A DNA stretch of 62,684 nt, the filler included, from Stramenopiles sp. TOSAG23-2 (taxonomy: Eukaryota): assembly GCA_900128395.1 (NCBI GenBank). It is 24 parts of 24 records of this genome, joined end to end, with 100 filler letters (N's around TTAATTAATTAA, not from the genome) between each part and the next. Parts side by side here need not be neighbours in the genome. Positions count along the whole stretch, not along the records: positions 23,697 to 26,217 come from LT651677.1; positions 26,318 to 28,835 come from LT651678.1; positions 28,936 to 31,452 come from LT651679.1; positions 31,553 to 34,068 come from LT651680.1; 20 more parts are not named here. The stretch is one strand, 5' to 3'. Positions 24,248-34,168 of this stretch are shown here, one piece after another. A program made the translations under genes and the position numbers. The notes beneath the pieces are model-generated. The model saw only the letters and a list, made by a program, of their open reading frames with translations. It was not told where the DNA came from and made no database searches. How positions within the stretch are numbered: position 1 is the first letter of the stretch; every line of letters begins with the position of its first letter.

Positions 24248-25873
24248 ATGGCATTAATGCGACCAAGACAAACGAAATTTCGTAAATGGAAGAAATATTA
24301 TATTAAATCATTTGAATACAAAGCAAATAAAGTACGTTTCGGTGCATATGGAATGGTAGCATTAGAAGGTGCACATATAACAGCAAAACAAATCGAAGCT
24401 ACTAGACGTATTTTAACAAGACAATTAAAAAGAGTTGGTCGGGTATGGATACGTATATTTCCACATATACCAGTTACTAGTAAACCAGTTGAGGTGCGTA
24501 TGGGTAAAGGAAAAGGTGCGGTTAGCCATTACATTGCACCAGTAAAACCTGGAACGATTATGTTTGAAATTGATGGTGCATCCGATATCATATCAAAAGA
24601 AGCTTTATTAAAGGCTGGTAAGAAATTACCTATTAAAGTTGGTTTTGTTGATCGATCAAAAGTTGGTGATATTACTATGAATCAAAAGTTTGTGAAATCA
24701 TTAAAAGGTACAGGTGCGGCAAGGAAACTGCAACAAAATAATGGAAAATTAGGGAGTCAAAAACGTGGATTTACATCATCATCTGCTGCGGTAGTACAGC
24801 AAGTATTTAATCGTCAACATAAAATGTTACAACGAGATGCAGCTGCAAATGCTCGATTTGATTTTAATGAAGAAGAAGATGATGGACTATTATCGGATCC
24901 ACCATCAGCAGCAGAACAAAGAGATTTTGAATATTTAAGAGATGAAGTAGCAGATAGATTAATATCTCGTCTTGATTATGTAAATCGAGATTTTCCAAAT
25001 GTACTTGATGTTGGCTCAGCTACGGGTAGCATATACCGTGCATTTCAAGCAAACAATATGTGTAATATTAAAAAAATTACACAAAGTGATATGTCGCTTG
25101 AAATGTTAAGAAAAGGTGAAATAGTTCATAATAATAATAGTAACAATAATGATGATATGATAGAAACAGAATTTGTACAATTCGATGAAGAGATAAAATT
25201 GCCATTTGAAGATAATTCATTTGATTTAATTACATCATCGTTAAGTTTGCATTGGGTGAATAATTTACCTGGTGTTATGAAGGAATTTAATCGATGCTTA
25301 AAACCAGATGGTGCATTTATTGGTGCAATGCTTGGTGGAGAAACATTGAAAGAATTACGTAGTTCATTATTATTAGCAGAACAAGAACGTGAAGGTGGCG
25401 TATCAAGTCATGTCTCCCCAATGGCACATGTTGGTGATATTGGTCAATTGATGCAAAGTGCTGGATTTGCCATACCGACTATTGATACCGATGTATTAAA
25501 AATTGAATATCCAAATGCATTTTCTTTAATGGAGCATTTACAAGGTATGGGTGAAAACAATGCCTCCATCTCACGACGCTTAAATGTCAGTCGTGACACA
25601 TTTTTGGCAGCTGCTGCTGCATACCAAGCTCTTTATGGTGATGATGAAGATGTATTAGATGGAGGTGTACCAGCAACATTTCAAATTATATATATGATAG
25701 GTTGGGCACCGGATCCATCGCAACCACAAGCAAAAGCACGTGGTTCCGCTAAATTAAGTTTGAAAGATATTGATGGTGCAAAAGCTGCAAGTGTGAAAGG
25801 GGAGGAGAAAGAACAAAATCCGATGACTACATATACACGTACTACATTGACGAAAGATGATGGTGATGATTAG
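24248..25873 (+). CDS. rpl16-NDUFAF5: In-frame fusion of organelle-type ribosomal protein uL16 (24248-~24655) and complex I assembly factor NDUFAF5 (~24800-25873)
   Basis: uL16: PRQTKFRK, FGAYG, QIEATRR, VWIRIFPHIPVTSKPVEVRMGKGKG, KLPIK. NDUFAF5: DFEYLRDEVADRL, LDVGS, SSLSLHWVNNLPG, ETLKELRSSLLLAEQEREGGVS, LQGMGE, VPATFQIIYMIGW. No stop, gap or N lies between them. Confidence 0.93.
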   Translation: MALMRPRQTKFRKWKKYYIKSFEYKANKVRFGAYGMVALEGAHITAKQIEATRRILTRQLKRVGRVWIRIFPHIPVTSKPVEVRMGKGKGAVSHYIAPVKPGTIMFEIDGASDIISKEALLKAGKKLPIKVGFVDRSKVGDITMNQKFVKSLKGTGAARKLQQNNGKLGSQKRGFTSSSAAVVQQVFNRQHKMLQRDAAANARFDFNEEEDDGLLSDPPSAAEQRDFEYLRDEVADRLISRLDYVNRDFPNVLDVGSATGSIYRAFQANNMCNIKKITQSDMSLEMLRKGEIVHNNNSNNNDDMIETEFVQFDEEIKLPFEDNSFDLITSSLSLHWVNNLPGVMKEFNRCLKPDGAFIGAMLGGETLKELRSSLLLAEQEREGGVSSHVSPMAHVGDIGQLMQSAGFAIPTIDTDVLKIEYPNAFSLMEHLQGMGENNASISRRLNVSRDTFLAAAAAYQALYGDDEDVLDGGVPATFQIIYMIGWAPDPSQPQAKARGSAKLSLKDIDGAKAASVKGEEKEQNPMTTYTRTTLTKDDGDD

Positions 25874-26317
25874 AAGTGAAAGGAGAGAGAGTGTGTGTCG
25901 CAGAGAAGAGAGCCTGGTTGGGAGAGGTGCAAATATTATTGTTGCTCTCTCTCTCTAATATTTACGTACGTAAAAGAATATTTTTACAATAAACATGTAC
26001 TCTGTGAAAATAATCATGGTGCCAAATATATTTCCTATATTTTTTCTTAATCGTATTAAAAACTGTCGCTCTTAGTCCTGCTTGATGTCATATCGTGACC
26101 GAATCTGACGATTTCTGTAATGCTGTGTACCTGTTATTTGGCCCTTAGCAGTGAAATAACACAACGAAATTAGCAGGTACATAGCATTAAAATTGCAAAA
26201 AAACGCTCAAAGTCCTTNNNNNNNNNNNNNNNNNNNNNNNNNNNNNNNNNNNNNNNNNNNNTTAATTAATTAANNNNNNNNNNNNNNNNNNNNNNNNNNN
26301 NNNNNNNNNNNNNNNNN

Positions 26318-26402
26318 ATAGCATATTATTCTTGCGATTGAGTATTGAGCATATTACTTAACACGAGAAGTGCAAAAATATTATAACTTAGATTTTAACC
26401 AT
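26318..26402 (+). repeat. Repeat family A copy at contig start
   Basis: Near-identical reverse complement of 12545-12630. Confidence 0.9.
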
Positions 26403-26509
26403 CAATTTTAATAAAAATTTATATAATAATGCATGTGTACCCTTTTGTTCCTTGATTTATATGGTCATATTATTTTTTATTATACTGATAAATAAAAATA
26501 CACATATTC

Positions 26510-26671
26510 GTATAATAATTTTACTTCCCGTGGTACTTCGTAAATAATATGATGCGTAATACTCAATCTCAAGAATAATATTCTATCCTATATGCATATA
26601 CTATAATAGTGAAGCTATAAAAATGCACGTCTGCAAACTAATTACGAAGTACGAACTCCACAAGCACGAGT
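26510..26671 (-). repeat. Diverged repeat family A copy
   Basis: ATAATAATTTTACTTCCCGT...AATACTCAATCTCAAGAATAATATTCTATCCTA...TGCACGTCTGCAAAC...CTCCACAAGCACGAGT aligns with the 41996-42327 copy. Confidence 0.7.
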
Positions 26672-26760
26672 GATTTCCAAAATGATGATTTTCAAAAATT
26701 TATATTTTTTATATATATCACATATGTATGTGAAAGAAAACACACACATACTTTTCCTAC

Positions 26761-28035
26761 TTAACCTAAACGGTTACCGTCACCTTTCAACATACTATCA
26801 AGTGGTTTTAGCAAGCCAAGTATTGGCAGTAATAGCAGCGGAATTAATAACATCGCATAAAATGTTATAGATGTTTTTGGTGCTTCCGCTTTTTTCCTAC
26901 TTTTCGTATTATCAGCACCTCCGTCTTCGATGGGGTCATCACCAGTTTTCTTTTCATCATCTTTAGGTTCGTCTTTTGGTGCTTCCGCTTTTTTCCTACT
27001 TTTCGTATTATCAGCACCTCCGTCTTCGATGGGGTCATCACCAGTTTTCTTTTCATCATCTTTAGGTTCGTCCTTTGGTACAGGGAAATTCCTATATGCA
27101 TGTGCGCTAATTAATGTAATAGAACCACCAACAACAAATGCAGCTGTTAACTCGTTGCCTAGCAGTAAAATGGATAATACCGTGTTGAATACGGATCCAG
27201 CAGCAACCGCTATACCACGTACGACGTTATCTAAATATTTCATAATAAAGCCCATCGCCAATCCTTGAAAAGCACCTATTAAAATTAACGTGACATGAAC
27301 AAATCCAAAACCCGTAAAAGATTTATTTGGTTCTAAAATAAATGCAATTAAATTGAAAAAGATCCCAAATACGTATAATTTGACATTCTGCAAATGGATA
27401 TTGTCCATTGTCGGATCGCCAGCTTTAGCTTTGTAAAGTTTCTCACAAAACACACCTGCAATTGCACTTATAAAGGCAGTTGCAATTGAGTATATTATGG
27501 TAAGCATTAATTTATCACTCTTTTCCGACTCGGTTTCCTCTCCTTCATTTTCTTTTTTGCCAGGATTATCCATTGTTATCACTAATCCAACAACCACTAG
27601 CACCAGTGATAGCCATTGAAGCATGCTAAACTTTTGCTTTAAAAAGATACTAGCCAAACCCGCGGAGACTAGCAATTTAAAGTTTGCTAACAAGGCTACT
27701 AAATGACTGGATAAATATTTCAACGCTATTAACGCCAAATTATTTCCTAGAAAATATAATCCACCTGGTATTGCAAAATAGATGGAAGCCCACCAAAATT
27801 TCATCGTAAGTAAACGCCCAAACTTTGCATCAAGTTTCGCATCATTCATTTCTTTCCGATAAAAATGCGACGATACACATAGTTTTATCATTTCTGTCAA
27901 ACATGCTATAAATGGAGCAGAAATATTTCCGACACGCCAAGCATATTCACCAATTAAATTGGAAGCAACCATAAACGTTAACGCTGCGACAACTAGCATA
28001 AGTTGAGCTGGACCAGTTGAGAAATACGCATCCAT
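26761..28035 (-). CDS. Nucleotide-sugar transporter (SLC35A, CMP-sialic acid/UDP-galactose type)
   Basis: TEMIKL, FAIPGGLYFLGNNL, NFKLLVSA, QWLSL, AGVFCEKLYK, IHLQNVKLY and IMKYLDNVVR. Contains a 99-bp (33-aa) tandem duplication at ~26875-27079. Confidence 0.9.
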   Translation of the reverse strand: MDAYFSTGPAQLMLVVAALTFMVASNLIGEYAWRVGNISAPFIACLTEMIKLCVSSHFYRKEMNDAKLDAKFGRLLTMKFWWASIYFAIPGGLYFLGNNLALIALKYLSSHLVALLANFKLLVSAGLASIFLKQKFSMLQWLSLVLVVVGLVITMDNPGKKENEGEETESEKSDKLMLTIIYSIATAFISAIAGVFCEKLYKAKAGDPTMDNIHLQNVKLYVFGIFFNLIAFILEPNKSFTGFGFVHVTLILIGAFQGLAMGFIMKYLDNVVRGIAVAAGSVFNTVLSILLLGNELTAAFVVGGSITLISAHAYRNFPVPKDEPKDDEKKTGDDPIEDGGADNTKSRKKAEAPKDEPKDDEKKTGDDPIEDGGADNTKSRKKAEAPKTSITFYAMLLIPLLLLPILGLLKPLDSMLKGDGNRLG

Positions 28036-28151
28036 TTTGTTCCTACTTTTTCTTCTTTGTTCTCTATCTTGTACTGTTGTTGTATTAACATTAACTAATT
28101 TATTTTTTTAGTTAAGCGTGTGATTCTACTGAAATGAGATAGATAGAGATA

Positions 28152-28471
28152 ATTGTCAATTATGTGATGGATGTATATGCTACTATTTCGCACTTTACAG
28201 TTATATTATATTATTATATTCAAATTATATAATCTTTTATTCAATTTGTAATTATTATTTATTATTTATTACCTGAAAGGCCCGAGGAGGCTGGAACCCC
28301 TGTCCAGAAATATTGTCAATTATGTGATGGATGTATATGCTACTATTTCGCACTTTACAGTTATATTATATTATTATATTCAAATTATATAATCTTTTAT
28401 TCAATTTGTAATTATTATTTATTATTTATTACCTGAAAGGCCCGAGGAGGCTGGAACCCCTGTCCAGAAAT
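28152..28471. repeat. Exact 160-bp tandem duplication upstream of the transporter
   Basis: 28152-28311 is repeated at 28312-28471. Confidence 0.95.
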
Positions 28472-28935
28472 CAATTTAAGGACAGAAACAGAGAATTTTC
28501 ACAAAATATTCTGGAGTATGCAATTGGTAGAGTTAAATAAAAGTACCTATCAATATGGCTTTATCGACATAAAATCCGAGGAGAAAGGCAAAATATTTTG
28601 TTTCGAAATTCTGACGGCAACAAAAATTAAAATATATTTAAGGTAAAATACCGAAAAAAAACTAGCTTTTGTTCTTCGGAATCGAAATGATGATGTTTTA
28701 ATACTCTATTTGTTGGTACTGATATTGTCATGTTATCATATTTTAGCAGGTAATTACAATAATAATGCTATTTCATCGTAAAAGTCGTTTAATTTAATGG
28801 TAACTCTATGTTAGCAATGGTATCCACCTGCAATTNNNNNNNNNNNNNNNNNNNNNNNNNNNNNNNNNNNNNNNNNNNNTTAATTAATTAANNNNNNNNN
28901 NNNNNNNNNNNNNNNNNNNNNNNNNNNNNNNNNNN

Positions 28936-29893
28936 TCGATATATAACCAATTTTTACAATATGTTGGATCTTTTCATTTATAGTCTCATAGTTGTTAATA
29001 TCATTACGCCTAAGGAAAGCGAGAACAGGCAAAATAAGATCATGGAAATCGCAGAAGCATCCATTAAAAATGGCCACGATTTAGATAAAGTGCCTTTAGA
29101 CAAGCTTTTTGTCTTAGATGACATGCTTTTTTGGGAGGAATTCATGCTGGGTGTAGCTTTTTTTCTTTGTTTTTTACGTTTTTTAGGATACATGAAAATT
29201 TTCCCACATGTGATGAAAACGATGCATTTGGTTTTTTTAATGATGTCTAAAATTGTTATTTACATCATTTTTCTCATTATCTTTGTATTCGGTTTTGCAG
29301 CATTTTATTGGATAGCAATTGGTACAGATTTAAATGGTTCACATGGACTTCTATGGATTCTAATAAGTCAATTTTCGCAATCCCTTGGTGGTCAGGATTA
29401 TGGCGCAGTTGATGATATGGTAACGAGTGAATTTAAGCTCATATTCATCTTTGGCATGATTTTTTTCTCTGTATTCACCGTCATCACAGTGATCAACTTA
29501 GTTATTGCTGTGGTTACAACGGCATATGAGGATGGTGTTGAGGAGTCTGCATCTTATTGGGCATATACACAGTTAAATAATATCCATGAAGATGACTTTA
29601 TTGAAGAAGATAAAAACCCATTTACTAGAATACGTAAAAGAATCTGTAACTGCACCTTGAAGAAATCAGAAGGGGATGAATCGGATGATTATTCCAAAAA
29701 GCAAATTAAACAAGAGAAGCGCGACAGAGAAATTTTGTTGAATAGCTCAACCGCACGTATTCAAATCAAAAAAGGCGTAACTCCAAAACATAAAGATCAA
29801 AAAGATTTTAAGATGACTAAAAGCTCATATGTACAACAAGACGTAGAAGTTGGAAATGTTGATGTAAAAGAACAAAAAGAAATGGACATGTGA
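28936..29893 (+). CDS. TRP/polycystin-2-like cation channel, S3-S6 region and C-terminus; 5' partial
   Basis: FLRFLGYMKIF (S4), IFLIIFVFGFA (S5), a pore helix, and INLVIAVVTTAYE (end of S6). Confidence 0.8.
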
Positions 29894-30358
29894 ATAGAAT
29901 CAATGTGTCATATTTGCTTTTTAGATATGTGGGATGCATGATTATATATCATACGTCGTAAATTATATACTCGTATATATGTATGTAAAATACGTGTACA
30001 AAAGTCGTATAATAAAAAAAAATTAAATCACGTCGTATTTATCAATATCATCGTGCTATTACTATACCACTACTGTAGTATACTACTACATATTCTTCTA
30101 CCTAATTATTGGCCATCCAGCCATATAATATGGCACAAATGTGGCCCAATAATACGCACCTATACTATAACACAGCAGTATGTTCCCGAGTGCTAATATA
30201 TAATAAAACCATATATTATTCCTTCATAATATTTTATATCATTTTATTTGAACATAGTATAAAAATGCAACACACTATTTGATACTACCGACGAATTCTC
30301 TATTCAACAAGGCAAGAAAGTAGCGTAATTATTATTATCTGTTGACAAAACAAAAACA

Positions 30359-31452
30359 ATGCCTGCACACCCTGAAACGATGATCACCCAATTGATTGGA
30401 AACCAGCAAATTAGTAAGGTGACGGAAAAAGAATTACCATATAATCAAAGCATTTATATGAAAATGAGAGCGTCTTGGTCAATAAATAAAACCCTTCAAG
30501 ACGTAATTTTCATTTCTGCATGTATTATGTGCGTTTTGATGCCATTTCATGGGAAAATATTAAGCGATTTATTTGGAGTAAGCGTTTTTGGATATAAAGA
30601 TAGTAACTGGGATGCCTCAAATAATATTATGGAATTTTCAAGTGATATCATGTTTGAAAACTTTCCTATTAATTTCTATTGGTTTGGTCACTTTACATTT
30701 CAAGCGGTGGAACATGCAGTATTGCCAAAAGAAAGTAACAATAACGTGACTGCGGAGGAATTTTCTTTTTCATCAGATTTTAAAATGGCATTCTATATGA
30801 CTATATCTCTATTTCTAATTTTAGTATGCATTGATTCGTTCGATATGGTATCATGGCCAAAAGCTTGGTTAAAAGAAGGTGTACAAAAAGCAATAACTTT
30901 TGAAGAATTGGTAGCCACAACAACAACAACAATAACAGCAGCAGGAGGAGGAGCGGAAGAGAAGAAAGTAGAAGAAAAAGAAAAAACGAAAAACAATGAT
31001 GGAAAAAGTCCAAAGAGTGATAAAAAGTTAAAGAAACGCTCTCGAACACCAGGAAAGAAGAGGAAAAATAACAACGTCATCGAAAAGACAAATAAAGACT
31101 TAAACAAAGTTTTAGTAGATGCAGCAATTTCCCCATTTGAAACGATTACTACACATTGCTATGAAGAGATGTTTAGTGAACCAATGCGAATTGTTCATTT
31201 TGAAAGAAATGGCAAAAATGCTTTGAAACCAGCATTGTTCTCACGCACCGGTAATGTGTACAGCAATTTTATTTATATTTTTGCATCTATTTATGTCATA
31301 CTTGTAAATGGTAAATTAGAAAATTTTGCACCATTTCAAATCCCTGATTTGATATTTGGAATAATGTTATTTATTCTTGCGATTCTCTCCATCGTCTGGC
31401 ATGGATCACATTATAATAAAATACACGTATACGATTTAGCATCTTTGTCTTT
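30359..31452 (+). CDS. Multi-pass membrane protein with CREST-superfamily (ceramidase-like) motifs; 3' truncated
   Basis: CYEE...RTGNVYSNFIY, then S-x-x-x-H (SIVWHGS) followed by D (YDLAS). Confidence 0.55.
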
Positions 31453-31552
31453 NNNNNNNNNNNNNNNNNNNNNNNNNNNNNNNNNNNNNNNNNNNNTTAA
31501 TTAATTAANNNNNNNNNNNNNNNNNNNNNNNNNNNNNNNNNNNNNNNNNNNN

Positions 31553-31697
31553 AAGTGCCAAATGATTTTGGTGAGACATATTGATAAATAAAGCAACCAC
31601 CAACAATTGCACCAGTAATGAAATATTTATTTTGTATTACAGACATTAATTTTGATATTGTTAATGTGGTTATTTCTGTTAATGTTTGTTGTTCCAT
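31553..31697 (-). CDS. N-terminal fragment with a membrane anchor
   Basis: ATG-initiated, with hydrophobic YFITGAIVGGCFIYQY; runs off the contig. Confidence 0.4.
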
Positions 31698-32205
31698 GGT
31701 TTATTTGAATGGGTTGAATTTGTAATTATTATTGTTATTGTTGTTGTTTCGTTCTGTATTTTTACATTACATTATGTTGAAGCTTCGTTTCCATTTGTAC
31801 TTGTACTTACCACAAATTTTATTAAAAAATGCAACTGCAAATGGTTGACCTGAGATGATGTGGTGTTTCTTTGTTGATTTTGTACTTGAAATGTTGTTGA
31901 AATAGTATACTTTTGATAGCCTTGTTTTCGTTTTTCAATGGAAATCGCTGCCTGCTGTGTACGTACATAACATTGGATTGGTCACAAACCCTATAGAATA
32001 TTTTATATATTTTTATATATATCGATCTTTTGAAATGTATAATAGATGGAAGAGTAAAGCATATAAAGAACATTTAGACATATCAACCATCATTATTTTA
32101 CCTGCCACTTAAAATAAAGGATTTAAAACACTACATTTTTAAATAATTGTATCAACTTATTACCAGTCTGTATCTAAATTAATAATAATAATTAACAACA
32201 ATACC

Positions 32206-32769
32206 ATGCCAAGAAGAAGAAAATCATCACCCTCACGTGCAGTAAAATCATTAGAAGACGACGAAGAATTACATCATGAAATTGTAAACCATGATGTTTA
32301 TACCCATACCGTATCGTCAATTGAAGAAGATGTGGCATTTCGCCACAGTACTGTGGAACAGGATGTCAGAAGATGGCATCACGAACATGAATTGCCAGTA
32401 AGACGTAGCAGTAGCAGAAAGAAAAAAAATACGAGTCGTCGTAAATCTGTCTCACCAAAAGCTAGTAGTGTCAAAACAAACAAAAAAGTTGTTAGTAAAA
32501 AATCTAATGCTAGTACTACTTCTTCAAACAACAATGAAGGGTCTCAAATTTTCAAATTATTAATGGAACATTTCAGTGATCCTATTTTTCAAGCATATCT
32601 TATATTATTGATTCCAGCTTTATTATTTGCGCTTGTTAATATGTATTTCCCTGGAGTAATAACGCCACAAACTGGTAGCACTAGGAGTGAAACATATTTA
32701 CCAAGTAGTAGTAATAGTGAAACAACAGTAAATGCTGGTGGTAATGATATGATGATGGGAGGTGAATAA
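32206..32769 (+). CDS. Hypothetical single-TM protein with a basic Ser/Arg-rich N-terminus
   Basis: 187-aa ORF with TM segment AYLILLIPALLFALVNMYF; coding-like composition between AT-rich flanks. Confidence 0.6.
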   Translation: MPRRRKSSPSRAVKSLEDDEELHHEIVNHDVYTHTVSSIEEDVAFRHSTVEQDVRRWHHEHELPVRRSSSRKKKNTSRRKSVSPKASSVKTNKKVVSKKSNASTTSSNNNEGSQIFKLLMEHFSDPIFQAYLILLIPALLFALVNMYFPGVITPQTGSTRSETYLPSSSNSETTVNAGGNDMMMGGE

Positions 32770-33315
32770 ATATACTTATATGGTATTTACAGAGAGATAC
32801 ATATATATATATATATACACACACACATATATATATAGTATGGATGAAGAGTTGCTCTATATAAGAAAGTTTTTAAAATAAAAAAAGATATTATTTTAAT
32901 TCATTCTTCAATTTTTTTGTATGTTGTGATTTTTCTCTTCCTTTTTTATATAAAATCCCCCCAAGTACACTCCTCTTCCTATCTTATTGTAGTCTAACAT
33001 CATTTCAAACACCAATCAACAACAACACCAAAAAACAACAAATTGAAAATTAAAATTTAAAGCACACCTGGCACATGTGACATGATGCATTTCAAAATGT
33101 AAATACGTAACTCTATAGGACCCCTGGTAGTAGAAAAACAAAACGAACACCTTCTAGCTTCGTTATCTTTTTCTGCAAATGGAAACTAAAAATAGTAAAT
33201 ATAAATTAACAAACGACAAATAATAGTAGAATATAAATAGACGAGTGGTAATAATACATATAGTAGATTTACATAGAATTTTAGAATAGATTATAAATAT
33301 ATATATATATATAAT

Positions 33316-34068
33316 ATGAATTTAAAAACATCAATAGATGATGGAATATATAATACGGAACAAGAAGATAGTTTCAATAGATTTGCACCATCAGTTACCA
33401 TGTCGTACCCAACATATTCTCCAAGATTACATACACCACCATTGTTATTTAAAAAATTCAAAGTTGTATTATGTATATATACTGGAGGTACCATTGGGAT
33501 GAAAATGACATCAAAAGGCTATTCACCAGATCCTGGATATTTAACAAAATATGTACGCACGTTGCCAATGTTTCATGATCAATCTGCTGAACATATTATA
33601 CCAGCTTCTGCTAGAAAACATTACCCAGGTATGTCAGCACCTTTCATTACTCCCATTACGGAATATGGTGAACGTGTCGTCATGCGTATATTAGAATACA
33701 ATCCATTATTAGATTCATCAAATGTTACATATAAAGAATGGAGCAAAATTGCAAATGACATAGTAAAATATTACGATGAATTTGATTCATTTGTTGTATT
33801 GCATGGTACGGATACAATGGCATTTACAGCATCAGCATTATCGTTTATGTTAGAAAATTTAGGTAAAACGGTTTGTATTACTGGATCCCAAATACCATTA
33901 TGTCGACCTAGAAATGATGGAATTATGAACTTTCTAAGTGCAATAAGCATTGCTGGACAATTTGACATACCAGAAGTTGTTTTATATTTTGGATTTCAGT
34001 TATATCGTGGAAATCGTACATCGAAAATGGATGCAAATGGATTATCCGCATTTGATTCTCCTAATTTA
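33316..34068 (+). CDS. Type I L-asparaginase (ASPG/lysophospholipase-like); 3' truncated
   Basis: YTGGTIGM, PLLDSSN, LHGTDTMAFTASALSF, TGSQIP and RGNRTSK...AFDSPN. Confidence 0.93.
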
Positions 34069-34168
34069 NNNNNNNNNNNNNNNNNNNNNNNNNNNNNNNN
34101 NNNNNNNNNNNNTTAATTAATTAANNNNNNNNNNNNNNNNNNNNNNNNNNNNNNNNNNNNNNNNNNNN

